From Isurus oxyrinchus (Eukaryota), in the NCBI GenBank assembly GCA_026770705.1, contig JANJGN010000646.1, positions 248,001 through 312,000 on the forward strand: a DNA stretch of 64,000 nt, read 5' to 3'. How positions within the stretch are numbered: the first letter of the stretch is position 1; each line of letters begins with the position of its first letter. Made by a program: the position numbers and the translations under genes. Positions 50,001 to 62,549 of this stretch are shown in pieces. The notes below the pieces were generated by a model, which was given only the letters and a program-made list of their open reading frames with translations, ran no database searches and was not told the DNA's origin.

Positions 50001-53000
50001 ATGGATAACTGTAATGACATGGAATCTGTACACACGAACCTTCCTGTGCTGTCACCTCTCGTGGACTGTCATCTTTCCACTCTTGTGAGGGTTTATCTGG
50101 GGAGAGAAATCTCAATATTTAACTCTGGATGGTTTGTGGATCCACTAGACTCAAAATTTACTGATGAGGCTGAATTGGGGGGATGGTCAATACTGAGGAG
50201 AATGGCAACAAATTATTTTGGCAGGAAGAATAGAAAAACAGGATATTATTTAAATGGAGACAGGCTGCAGAATGCAGTACAGAGGGATCTGGGTGTCCTT
50301 GTACATGAATCACAGAAAGTCAGCATTCAGGAACACCACGGAATGAGGAAGGCAAGTGGAATGTTGGCCTTTATTGCAAAGGGATGGAGTATAAAAGGAG
50401 GGAAGTCTTGCAGCAGCTGCACAGGGCGTTGGTGAGATTGTATCAGGAGCAGTGTGTACAGTTCTGGTCTCCTTACTTAGGGAGGGATAGAGTTGCATTG
50501 GAGGCAGTTCAGAGGAGGTTCACTGGGCTGATTCCTGGGATTAAAGGGTTTGTCCTGTGAGGAAATGTTGAGCAGGTTGGGCCTGTATCCATTGGAGTTT
50601 AGAAGAATGAGGGGTGACCTTATTGAAACATATCCGATTCCGAGGGGGCTTGACAGGGTGGATGCTGGGAGGATGTTTCCCCCTCGTGGGGGAATCTAGA
50701 ACCAGGGAGCACAGTTTCGGAATGAGGGCTCTCCCATCTAAGACTAAGATGAGGAGGAATTTCCTCTCTCAGAGGGGCGCTAGCCTGTGGAATTCTCTTC
50801 CCCAGAGAGCAGTGGAGGCTGGGCCATTGAATAGACTCAAGGCTGAGTGAGGCAGGTTTTTGATCGACAAGGGAGTCAAGGGTTTGGGGGACAGGCAGGA
50901 AAATGGAGTTAAGGCCACAACCAGATCAGTGAGAGCAGGCTCGAGGGGCCGAATGGCCTGCTCCTGTCCCTATTTCTTATGTTCCTACATTCTTACCTTC
51001 TTAAAATATTAAAGCTGCAGAATAAACATGCAAGTGACTGACCCGCTCGACCCACCTTCCATCTGGGGCTGGAGGAGGTTACACAGATAGGGAGGTTTGT
51101 GGGGGCTGGAGGAGGTAACAGAGATAGGGAGGGCTGTAGATACTGGAGGACATTACGCAGATAGGGAGGGTGGTAGGACCTGGAGGAGGTTGCAGAGATA
51201 GGGAGGGCTATAGGGATTTGAGGAGTTTATGGAGATGGGGAACGTGTAGGGACTGGAGGAGGCTGCAAGGGCAGAGAGGGTTTTAGGGGCAGGAGGAGTT
51301 TACAGGGATAGGAAGAGTTGTAGGGGCTGGACGGATTGCAGAGGTAGGGAGGGTTGGAAAGGCTGGTGGAGGTTTCAGAGGTAGGGAAGGTTGCAGGGAC
51401 TGCAGGAGTTTACAGAGATGGGGGAGTTTTTGGGGCAGGATGGGGTTACAGAGATAGGGAGGGTTGTAGGGGCAGGACGAGGTTACATAGATATGGAGTG
51501 TGGCTGGGGCTGAGGGAGGCTACAGAGATAGGGAGGGTTATAATGGCTGGAGGAGTTACAGAGATGAAGGAAACTCTTAGGGACTGGAGGAGGTTACAGA
51601 GATAGGGAGGGTTGTAGTGGGCTGGAGGAGGTTACAGAAATATGAAGGGTTGTAAGAGATGGACCAGCTTACAGAGATAGGGAGAGGTATTCGGTCTGGA
51701 GGAGTTTGCAGAGATAGTGGAGGTTGTTAGGACTGGAGGAGGCTACAAATATCGCGAGGGTTATCGGGGCTTGAGGAGGTTAAAGAGATAGGGAGGGGTG
51801 TTGGGTCCGGAGGAGTTTGCAGTGATAGGAATGGTTTTCGGGATTGGAAGAGAGTACTGAGATAGGAGGGTTGTAGGGACTGGAGGAGTCTCCTGAGATA
51901 GGGAGGGTTGTAGGGACTGGAGGAGGCTCCTGAGATAGGGAGGGTTGTAGGGACTGGAGGAGGCTCCTGAGATAGAGAGGGTTGTAGGGACTGGAGGAGG
52001 CTCCTGCGATAGGGAATGTTGCCGTGGATGAAGATAAAGGAGGAGATTACTGTAATAGGGAGGAAAAATATTCAAAAATTTGGACATTGAGACTTTGCTT
52101 GACCAGGAGCCAGTCTCGGTCATCGAGCAGAGCGGGTGATAAGGGAACGGGACTTGGTGTGAGTAAGGACGTGGTCAGCAGTTTTGGATGGCCTCAAGTT
52201 TATGGAGTGTAGAGCATGTGTTGGAACAGTCGAGTCTGGAGGTAATGAAGGCGTGGATGAGGGTTTCAGCAGCAGATGAGCTGAGACAGGGTGAAGTCGT
52301 ACGACGTTATGGAGGTGGAAATAGACGGTGTTAGTGAGGGCGCAGATATGAGGCCGGAAGCTCATCTCAGGATCAAATGGGACAACAAAGCTGTGAACAG
52401 ATTGGCTTCAATCTCAGAGAGCTGCCAGGGAGAGGAATGGAATTGGTAGCGAGGGAACAGAGTTTGGAGCGGGGAATGAAGACAATGGCTTCAGTCTTTC
52501 CAATATTTAATTGGAGGGAATTTCTGCCCATCCAGTACTGGATGTCGGATAAGCAGCCTGATAATTTAGCAGCAGTGGAGGAGTCGAGAGAGGTGGTGGT
52601 GAGATAGAGCTGGGGATCCTCAGTGGACAGGTGAAAACTAACACTGTTCAGATGATGCTGCAAAGCCATTGCAAGTGATTCTCTGGCTACGATGAGATGG
52701 ATAAGAATGGAGCCAGGGGAGAGCAGTCCCACCCAGCTGGACGACAGTGGACAGGTGTTGGAGGAGGATGGTGTGGTCGAGCGTGTCAAAGGCTGCAGAC
52801 AGATCGAGAAGGACGAGGAGGGAAAGTTGACCTTTGTCACAGTCACACAGGATGCCATTTGTGACCTTGATAAGAGCTGTTTCAGCACAGTGGCTGGGGT
52901 GGGAACCTGATTGGAGGGATTCAAACATGGAGTTCTGGGAAAGATGGAACCGGATTCGGGAGATGGAAACACGTTCAAGGACTTTGGAGGGGAAAGAGAG

Positions 53001-56000
53001 GCTGGAGATGGGACGGGGGTTTACACGGACAGTGTGAGGGGTGGAAGGTGTAGTGGGGAGGAGACACTTCACTCAGGGGGGAGGTGTCATCACCCCTCAG
53101 CTCGGTTTACGTTACAGCTATGATGTGGATTCAATCACACACAATAAGCTCATGGATCTGGGAGCAGAAATAGACAAATCATTAAAAATAGTGACGCTGG
53201 TTAACACGGCCAAAAAACAAGCAAATCAAACACTATTATTTCCCATTGAGTGTTGAATGTGAATTGTTGAGTAATTATAACACAGCACTTACCAGAAACG
53301 TGAAGCTGGGTTACAGGGTAATAGTTATGGCTCGGACCATTGTCAAATTCTATTCTGAAAAAATAAGGTCCTGCATCTTCCCGTCTGATGTTGTTTATAA
53401 TCAGAGAACAGTCGCCATCTTTCAGGTCTCCAGACAGCCGGGTCCGATGGTGGAACCGTGGTAACTCGTGACGGTGACCCTTGGAGTGAAAGGCAATGGG
53501 AGCCCAGGGAATCTGTTTCTCATTATTAAACCAGACTCCACCTCGCGTTTGGTTTTCCAGACACGATGGATAACTGTAATGACATGGAATCTGTACACAC
53601 GAACCTTCCTGCGCTGTCACCTCTCGTGGAGTGTCACCTTTCCACTCTTGTGAGGGTTCAGCTGGGGAGAGAAATCTCAATATTTAACTCTGGATGGTTT
53701 GTGGATCCACTAGACTCAAAATTTACTGATGAGGCTGAATTGGGGGGATGGTCAATACTGAGGAGAATGGCAACAAATTATTTTGGCAGGAAGAATAGAA
53801 AAACAGGATATTATTTAAATGGAGACAGGCTGCAGAATGCAGTACAGAGGGATCTGGGTGTCCTTGTACATGAATCACAGAAAGTCAGCATTCAGGAACA
53901 CCACGGAATGAGGAAGGCAAGTGGAATGTTGGCCTTTATTGCAAAGGGATGGAGTATAAAAGTAGGGAAGTCTTGCAACAGCTGCACAGGGTGAGATTGT
54001 ATCAGGAGCAGTGTGTACAGTTCTGGTCTCCTTACTTATGGAGGGATAGAGTTGCATTGAATGCAGTCCAGAGGAGGTTCACTGGGCTGATTCCTGGGAT
54101 TAAAGGGTTTGTCCTGTGAGGAAATGTTGAGCAGGTTGGGCCTGTATCCATTGGAGTTTAGAAGAATGAGGGGTGACCTTATTGAAACATATCCGATTCC
54201 GAGGGGGCTTGACAGGGTGGATGCTGGGAGGATGTTTCCCCCTCGTGGGGGAATCTAGAACCAGGGAGCACAGTTTCGGAATGAGGGCTCTCCCATTTAA
54301 GACTGAGATGAGGAGGAATTTCCTCTCTCAGAGGGGCGCTAGCCTGTGGAATTCTCTAACCCAGAGAGCAGTGGAGGCTGGGCCATTGAATAGACTCAAG
54401 GCTGAGTGAGGCAGGTTTTTGATCGACAAGGGAGTCAAGGGTTTGGGGGACAGGCAGGAAAATGGAGTTAAGGCCACAACCAGATCAGTGAGAGCAGGCT
54501 CGAGGGGCCGAATGGCCTGCTCCTGTCCCTATTTCTTATGTTCCTACATTCTTACCATCTTAAAATATTAAAGCTGCAGAATAAACATGCAAGTGACTGA
54601 CCCGCTCGACCCACCTTCCATCAGGGGCTGGAGGAGGTTACACAGATAGGGAGGTTTGTGGGGGCTGGAGGAGGTAACAGAGATAGGGAGGGCTGTAGAT
54701 ACTGGAGGAGGTTACGCAGAGAGGGAGGGTGGTAGGACCTGGAGGAGGTTGCAGAGATAGGGAGGGCTGTAGGGATTTGAGGAGTTTATGGAGATGGGGA
54801 GCGTGTAGGGACTGGAGGAGGCTGCAAGGGCAGAGAGGGTTTTAGGGGCAGGCGGAGTTTACAGGGATAGGAAGAGTTGTAGGGGCTGGACGGATTGCAG
54901 AGGTAGGGAGGGTTGGAAAGGCTGGTGGATGTTTCAGAGGTAGGGAAGGTTGCAGGGACTGGAGGAGTTTACAGAGATGGGGGAGTTTTTGGGGCAGGAT
55001 GGGGTTACAGAGATAGGGAGGGTTGTAAGGGCAGGACGAGGTTACATAGATATGGAGTGTGGCTGGGGCTGAGGGAGGCTACAGAGATAGGGAGGGTTAT
55101 AATGGCTGGAGGAGGTTACAGAGATAAAGGAAACTCTTAGGGACTGGAGGAGGTTACAGAGATAGGGAGGGTTGTAGTGGGCTGGAGGAGGTTACAGAAA
55201 TATGAAGGATTGTAAGAGATGGACCAGCTTACAGAGATAGGGAGAGGTATTCGGTCTGGAGGAGGTTGCAGAGATAGGGGAGGTTGTTAGGACTGGAGGA
55301 GGCTACAAATATCGCGAGGGTTATCGGGGCTTGAGGAGGTTAAAGAGATAGGGAGGGGTGTTGGGTCCGGAGGAGTTTGCAGTGATAGGAATGGTTTTCG
55401 GGATTGGAAGAGAGTACTGAGATAGGAGGGTTGTAGGGACTGGAGGAGTCTCCTGAGATAGGGAGGGTTGTAGGGACTGGAGGAGGCTCCTGAGATAGGG
55501 AGGGTTGTAGGGACTGGAGGAGGCTCCTGAGATAGAGAGGGTTGTAGGGACTGGAGGAGGCTCCTGCGATAGGGAATGTTGCCGTGGATGAAGATAAAGG
55601 AGGAGATTACTGTAATAGGGAGGAAAAATATTCAAAAATTTGGACATTGAGACTTTGCTTGACCAGGAGCCAGTCTCGGTCATCGAGCAGAGCGGGTGAT
55701 AAGGGAACGGGACTTGGTGTGAGTAAGGACGTGGTCAGCAGTTTTGGATGGCCTCAAGTTTATGGAGTGTAGAGCATGTGTTGGAACAGTCGAGTCTGGA
55801 GGTAATGAAGGTGTGGATGAGGGTTTCAGCAGCAGATGAGCTGAGACAGGGTGAAGTCGTACGACGTTATGGAGGTGGAAATAGACGGTGTTAGTGAGGG
55901 CGCAGATATGAGGCCGGAAGCTCATCTCAGGATCAAATGGGACAACAAAGCTGTGAACAGATTGGCTTCAATCTCAGAGAGCTGCCAGGGAGAGGAATGG

Positions 56001-59000
56001 AGTTGGTAGCGAGGGAACAGAGTTTGGATCGGGGAATGTAGACAATGGCTTCAGTCTTTCCAATATTTAATTGGAGGGAATTTCTGCCCATCCAGTACTG
56101 GATGTCGGATAAGCAGCCTGATAATTTAGCAGCAGTGGAGGAGTCGAGAGAGGTGGTGGTGAGGTAGAGCTGGGGATCCTCAGTGGACAGGTGAAAACTA
56201 ATACTGTTCAGATGATGCTGCAAAGCCATTGCAAGTGATTCTCTGGCTACGATGAGATGGATAAGAATGGAGCCAGGGGAGAGCAGTCCCACCCAGCTGG
56301 ACGACAGTGGAGAGGGGTTGGAGGAGGATGGTGTGGTCGAGCGTGTCAAAGGCTGCAGACAGATCGAGAAGGACGAGGAGGGAAAGTTGACCTTTGTCAC
56401 AGTCACACAGGATGCCATTTGTGACCTTGATAAGAGCTGTTTCAGCACAGTGGCTGGGGTGGGAACCTGATTGGAGGGATTCAAACATGGAGTTCCGGGA
56501 ATGATGGAACCGGATTCGGGAGATGGAAACACGTTCAAGGACTTTGGAGGGGAAAGAGAGGCTGGAGATGGGACGGGGGTTTACACGGACAGTGTGAGGG
56601 GTGGAAGGTGTAGTGGGGAGGAGACACTTCACTCAGGGGGGAGGTGTCATCACCCCTCAGCTCGGTTTACGTTACAGCTATGATGTGGATTCAATCACAC
56701 ACAATAAGCTCATGGATCTGGGAGCAGAAATAGACAAATCATTAAAAATAGTGACGCTGGTTAACACAGCCAAAAAACAAGCAAATCAAACACTATTATT
56801 TCCCATTGAGTGTTGGATGTGAATTTTTGAGTAATTATAACACAGCACTTACCAGAAACGTGAAGCTGGGTTTCAGGGGAAACGTTATGGCTCGGACCAT
56901 TGCCAAATTTTATCGTGAAAAAATAAGGTCCTGCATCTTCCCGTCTGATGTTGTTTATAATCAGGGAACAGTCGCCATCTTTCAGGTCTCCAGACAGCCG
57001 GGTCCGATGGTGGAACTGTGATAACTCGCGACTGTGACCCTTGGAGTGAAAGGCTATAGACCATTTAGACCATTTGTTCTGTATGTATCTTCTCATTTTC
57101 CAGATTCCGACCTGTGGTTTCTTTACCAAATCTGATGGATAACTGTAATGACATGGAATCTGTACACACGAACCTTCCTGTGCTGTCACCTCTCGTGGAG
57201 TGTCACCTTTCCACTCTTGTGACAATCCAACTGGGGAGAGAAATATCAATATTTAACACTGGATGTTTTGTTGATCCACTAGACTCGATATCCACCCCCT
57301 CCATCACTGGGGCACAGTGGCTGCAGTGTGGACCATCTACAGGACACACAATGAACTCCACAAGGTATCACACCAGATGGAAGAGAATCCTGGACACAAA
57401 AGCGGAAAAGTTCATTCTACATTGGTTCATGGTCCTCAGGACCCTGTTTGTGCAGAAGCCTGTTCTCCAACAGAACTGAAGTTGGGGACAATGCATTTGG
57501 AATTCCACTGTCCGGGGCATTGGGTTAACTTGCTGATTTTGTTTTCAATCTAACATCTATTTTTGGTCTGTTGCCTTTAAGGGACTGTAACTGGGAGTCA
57601 GGTTAATTAGGAATTTTAGGAGTTATGATAGCAGTCTTGTAGTTATGTATGTGCTTGAAATCCTTTATTTTGATGACAAATATGTTAATTTATTGTTTTA
57701 AATCTCTAAAGGTATTGGTGGAGTTATTGCTTCTGGAGTAAGTGCACACATCTCATAATAAATACCAATTGCAAAATCATTATGATAGTGTGACCAGGTT
57801 TCTCTCAGGGACTTGGTCTGCCTGGCACACATCACCTGCCAAGTGATAACACTGTTGTAGTATGCCTTTCAGGGACAGCAGCATGACATCACTCGAGGGG
57901 AAGTGTGTCATGTTATTTTTAGGAACTGGTGTTCGCTTAAGTAAGTTCTATGTGTATTTGTGTGTGTTAGGCAAAAGGTCTATCTTTAAGTTCAAGTTTA
58001 GTTTGTATTTCTGTATTTGGGTGTTGAGAAAAGGGGGAACTTGAGTTAAAAAGAAGCCAGCATTCCATTGAGGTTTTATGACTGTTGAAGGGAAGTCAAA
58101 ACAAATACAAGGCGTAAGAAACTGTGCTGTTGCCTAGCAACAGTGATGCAGAGGGAAGGACCCACAGAGACAGAAAAAAACAGAAAAGTACTTTCAGTTC
58201 TGTTGAAAGGAGTTGCCAGGAGAAGCAGCAAAGGAGCGGGACAGATAGTCAGTCCCAAAGTAAAGAAGAAGCCAAAACTATCGAGTTTGACAGGAGAAAT
58301 GGCCCAAGAAAACCTTCTAGTCAAATCTGGAAAAGGCCCTGTAAAATGAAGTTAAGAGTGAGGAGCAGAAGAAGGCTTCAAGCATAAAGGGAGAAAGCAG
58401 CAGGACACAGACCTAAAGCAAAATAGGCTTGTGAGAAGCCAGAAGATCCTAGGAAACACCGCAGGTTGGTGACTCATTACTACGGCCATGTGAAGCATGG
58501 TGTTCCATTGACACGGCTGAGCATTGGAGAGACAGGGCGTAGAAGGAAGGCTGAATGCACGTGGCGATCCAGGGGGCAGGAACATGGGAAGGAGAGTTTG
58601 AAATAGTGAAGGTGGACCCTTGTGGAAGGTGTCTGAGTGAAAGTGTCATGTTGGAGAAGATTCCAAAGAGAGTTCTTGGAGAGTGGAGATTGGAAACTCT
58701 CATATGAAAGAAGCTTTTCAGTGAGACGGGTTGGCTCACAGTGTAACAAGCGTCTGGGGACAGATGAGACATAGAAGTTGTTTCAAGTGGGCTCTGCCAC
58801 TTGCTTTCAGAATGTTGTGTCCCTGACCACAGGTCGTCTATTGGTTTACACGGACTGTGTACTTAGTGTGAACATGAGAATATAAGATAGTTATCGTAAT
58901 TTGTGTTCTACTTATGTATCTGTAAAGGTATATTCTGGGTGAAGGAGTAATTTCATATAGTTTGTCTTTCCTAGTTTAATAAATGTTTTATTCTTTTGTT

Positions 59001-62000
59001 AGACGTTCATCAGATGACTCCTGTGACTCTGTTCAGTAGCCGCACTCCACATTCCTAAATAAAAAATAAAAGTTAGGATCTATCAAGCTGAGCTCCACCC
59101 TGGGATCTGACTTGCCCAGTAGTAACATCAGCTGGGATGGTAACACCATCCAGTCCAAGTTTCACTTTGGCCTGTGAGCAGAACACAGCTCACAGTTTGG
59201 CTGCAGGTGTCTCCCAGCTTTCTATCCTTGTATATCTGTTCTCATGTCCCTGTTCTAAATTACTGAACCCACAATGTATTTACCCAATTCCGTATCAGTG
59301 GCTGGTGCCTTTATATCATTATAAAAACACAACATGGTGATCAGTGGTGGCCAAACATTCTGGCAGCAAGATTCAGTACAGGTATGACGTGGTGAACAGC
59401 CTGAGATCGAGCTACATGACATGAGACGACCCTCGACGCTTTGGTCAGACCACAACAGAGACACAGCATCAGAGAGGGTTGAAATCGCAGTGTACTGACT
59501 GCTCAGGAAACCTTTGAAGACACAGTGACGGGAAAGAGCTCAAGTAAAGAGCTGGGGAGCAGACGGATCCCTCGTGGTGAGATTACAGCACACGGCCTGT
59601 AGGTCAGTGAGTGGGACAGTGTGTATCGCCAGGACCAGCAGCGGGTTAGCTCAGTCAGGGAAGGCGAGTGACCAGGGTGTGGGCTGGATCGATAGTGAGC
59701 GAGGGAGAGTCAAACACACAAAAACCATTATAAAAATCAGCCCAGAGAAGTTAGTGATTATAACGGGCGGCTTCGAGATTGCTGAACAGCAAATTGAATA
59801 AAAAACAAAGACTCCATTACTCCGTGGTGTGTTCCTGCCACAACCCGTCTTCGTGGGCGGAGCTTCGGAAAAGCACACGAAAGGGGCTAAAGCGACACTC
59901 ATCCCAGGTCCTGTAGGAGAAGGAAGGTCAAAGGAATATTGTCAGAATGTCCACGAAATTCCCCAGTTTGAACTGGGATGTAGCTGACCGACTATCTGAA
60001 TTCAGAATGTTTAAACAGCGTACAGAGCTCTGGTTTCCTGATTCAGGTGTGACTGAACCAGACGAGCAAGCCATAAAAATTCACCTCGCGATTGGGAATG
60101 AAGGTCTACACAGGCTGAGCACATCAGGATTAACAGCAGAAGAGCGAAAGGATCCCCAATAGATACGGACGATATTGGAAGACAGGTTCAGAAGCAGGTG
60201 AAACTCCATATTCATCAACTAGAGTTTATGTCATTTCATCAGCCTACACAACCCATAGACCACTTCATCAGCCGATGTAGAGAAAAGGGTACGCACTGTG
60301 ATTTCAAACACAGAGCCTGCAGACAGAATTGTTGAGTTGGTGATCGCATCCACTCCCATGGAAGCCTTCCAGAAAGATCTGCTAGATAAGACCAAAACCT
60401 ATAGCATTGAAGAGCTACTCAAGGATGGACATAAATACGAAGTGATCCTCGCAGGTCAACAAGCTTACAGGTCCTCAGTACAACATCAATTGTTGACACA
60501 CTCACTAGAACATCCAAACCTAGTGAGACGTGTGGAAGGTGTGGCCTTCTGCAGGCACCAAGGAAATGCCCAGCTTTCCACCAATCCTGCAAGGCTTGTG
60601 GCAGAAAGGGCCATTGACAGCGGCAGGGCACGAGAGCAAAGGCTGATGCAGCTACAAAGAGCCGTGCGCTGATCCAATCAAACCCTGCACAACGGGGAAC
60701 CTTCAAGCAATAAGAATGACCATCCACTATCCCATCAGGAACATATACATGTGGTGACTGACAAACCAGGAAATGGCGATGATGTACACGACGAGACTAT
60801 GAGCGGTGATCGATATTCCACCTCTCACACATATCCTGACGTGGCTTGCCAATAAATTGTGGATTGTGGTCTTTATTGATCTCTCTGGGCACATCAAATT
60901 AACTGAAAATGTTCCCATAGGGGTGGGATTTTCTGGCCCCACCCACTTCCATGATTGTCCGGTCCGGCCGAAAGCCAATGGATTTATGTCTGTCCCAGTC
61001 TCAGAAACTATCCCATCAGCTCAGTTCATGACATAACATTGAAATATGCAGAAAGATTCAACAATATTGGCAGGTTCAAGGGAGCTGCAACATTACACCT
61101 GCAGGAGAATGCAAGTCTGTCAGACTCCTTGCATTAAAATTAATACAATCCAACTTTGCCACGCTATCTTGAGCCTTAAATGGCCAATAATTTCTATGCC
61201 TTCCAGTTTCATTTGCTCTCTCTTCTAATTTTGGCCGTGCATCTCTCTCTGTTGAACCTCCTCTCGGGATCCGATCCCCTGCCATATTAGTTTAAAGCCT
61301 CCTCAGTTGCATCAAGGGTGTAATGTCAATTGAAACCAGGGACAACATCGAAGAATGACAATCCCACAGATCAATGTGAGCAATTAAAGAAACCTCCAGA
61401 CAATTTTGCCACCACAAGATCTCGATATAACAGCAGATTACCTCTACGCTTTAGAGACTCAAATATTCAACAGATCTATACACTTATATAATTGTCAAGA
61501 AATATGAAAATGATACCAGGAACCTCTTGTTCCCTGTCCTTCTCAAAGATCCATCCCTGCAGCAGGAGCCTGAAGAGTTACTGATGTGGGGCTTAATTTA
61601 TCAGATTGTAGAATGATCCGGAAATGAAGGATGCCATTTGGCCCATCGAGCCTGTGCTGGGCCTTTGAAAGATCTGTCCAATTAGTCCCACTCTAACCTC
61701 TGCTCTCTCCTCCACAGCCCTGCAAAATGTCCCCATCAAGTATTTATCTAGTTCCCCTTCTGAAAGTTCCTGTTGAATCTGCTTCCACCGCCCTTTCAGG
61801 CAGTGAGTCAATGGTCTCTCTCTGAGCTGCAAAGTGCTAATGTTCTGAGAACTTTAAACTCTGCAGCAGATCAGAAACAATCATGATAACTCAGAATATT
61901 TGACAGTTTTACACACAGACAGCTTTACCTTCCTTCTCTCTTTCAGTTATCTTGCTCCCTTATTGAAGTATCTAGCATGGTGAAGATGGACAGGAAGTGT

Positions 62001-62549
62001 GACACTGAACAGCCTGTCTATTCTAGGAGCTGCTGTGTTGTCTTCATGGGAAATTCTGACAAAATCAGCAAAAGACACAAAATTTCAGGGCATTGTTATC
62101 CGAGTCCCAGCATCAGGATAGACCTCATCCCCCAGTTGGTATTCCTGATTCTCTATTAAGCGGATCGCTCCCCTGTCACTGGCTGAACAACACTGGCTCC
62201 CAGTCCAGCAATGACTCAAATTTCAAATTCTCATCATCGAGTTCTTACCCCACCATCCCCCCTCTACACTCTCTATCTGTGTAACCTCCTCCAACCCTAA
62301 AACCCTCTGTGATCTCTGCTCTCCTCCAATTCTGCTGTCAGACAGGGAGTCAGTGTATATCAGTGAGCACAGGGGTGATGGGTGAATGGGACTTGGTGTG
62401 AGTTTGTACACTGGCTCACTGCTGAATCGGTTCCCAATCACACTCAATAAGAATGATCTTTTACAAAGACTATTAGCCATAAAACTGTCCGAGCTGACGA
62501 CGTTATTACCTTCGAGAAGTGACAGGAGGAAGTAGGATTTCCCGATCAT
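37792..62549 (-). CDS. Gene B: Siglec/MAG-like Ig receptor, spliced CDS of 10 coding exons, 818 aa (leader-V-V-V-C2-C2-Ig-TM-tail)
   Basis: Exons 62549-62510, 57230-56853, 53661-53293, 50096-49728, 48914-48618, 44211-43930, 41676-41383, 40173-40077, 39352-39271, 38040-37792. All have AG/GT boundaries and compatible phases. Lengths sum to 2457 nt = 819 codons including the stop. Confidence 0.85.
39271..39352 (-). CDS. Gene B cytoplasmic exon 1 (tail 1)
   Basis: 82 nt, phase 2 to 0; RKTAMEERVSGTRDIALTPSPLSVKHQ. Confidence 0.75.
40077..40173 (-). CDS. Gene B transmembrane exon
   Basis: 97 nt, ttttacag/gtaagt; GRDSSKWTVGLFTAGIMLSVFLAGIFIFICVRK, an uncharged hydrophobic helix. Not in the ORF track. 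Confidence 0.85.
40710..41035. repeat. AT-rich tandem repeat of about 38 bp
   Basis: Repeated AATCTATGTAACATTTATATATAATATTT units. Confidence 0.85.
41383..41676 (-). CDS. Gene B membrane-proximal Ig exon resembling MAG (Siglec-4) domain 5
   Basis: 294 nt, phase 1-1; YKPEISQQSECTRRSEGVTCICVATSNPPGDLTWHLPSAN...CSVQNPHG. The S-x-C...C-x-C...SNP pattern recalls MAG D5 (recognised from memory, not by search). Confidence 0.8.
42540..43602 (+). mobile_element. Penelope-like element, GIY-YIG endonuclease 3' fragment
   Basis: NLIYCIRCSQCGLLYIGDTKHRLGDR..EH...PVACHFN (ORF 42754-43083). Confidence 0.85.
43930..44211 (-). CDS. Gene B C2-set Ig exon
   Basis: 282 nt, phase 1-1; APQNLSI...IICSVESFPASNLTW...DTGDYQCVAENEHG. 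Confidence 0.9.
48618..48914 (-). CDS. Gene B C2-set exon (Siglec domain-2 type)
   Basis: 297 nt, phase 1-1; DFTDKPTIFP...VSCTFNTTCNGTAAPVLTW...HHGHTLSCRV, carrying the extra Cys typical of Siglec D2. Confidence 0.9.
49728..50096 (-). CDS. Gene B V-set exon 3 (Arg intact)
   Basis: 369 nt, phase 1-1; SCVQIPCHYSYPLC...YFFRIEF. Confidence 0.9.
52040..53060 (-). mobile_element. L2-type LINE RT fragment; copy at about 55600-56620
   Basis: ETALIKVTN...SLLVLLDLSAAFDTLDH and WMGRNSLQLNIGKTE motifs. Confidence 0.8.
53293..53661 (-). CDS. Gene B V-set exon 2 (Arg intact)
   Basis: 369 nt, phase 1-1; SCVQIPCHYSYPSC...GDCSLIINNIRREDAGPYFFRIEF. Confidence 0.9.
56853..57230 (-). CDS. Gene B V-set exon 1 (distal; essential Arg replaced by Thr)
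   Basis: 378 nt, phase 1-1, cccag/gtaagt boundaries. Siglec V hallmarks SCVQIPC and GDCSL are present, but the F strand reads YFFTIKF. Confidence 0.9.
62510..62549 (-). CDS. Gene B leader (signal peptide) exon, MIGKSYFLLSLLE
   Basis: ATG at 62549, 40 nt, phase-1 donor G|gtaata. Joins the V exon to give MIGKSYFLLSLLEVGLS-QEW. Confidence 0.8.

Larger units (their letters stand above)
49671..56795. repeat. Tandem duplication of an approximately 3.56-kb unit (V exon + CR1 + GA minisatellite + L2)
   Basis: TTATTTCCCATTGAGTGTTG recurs at about 49671, 53236 and 56796, and the intervening sequence is near-identical. Confidence 0.9.

Noticed and set aside
49700-57260. RAG-type V(D)J rearrangement of the multiple V exons
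   Set aside because: No CACAGTG-12/23-ACAAAAACC signal was seen flanking the V exons. Each V exon is complete through the G strand and ends in a normal splice donor.
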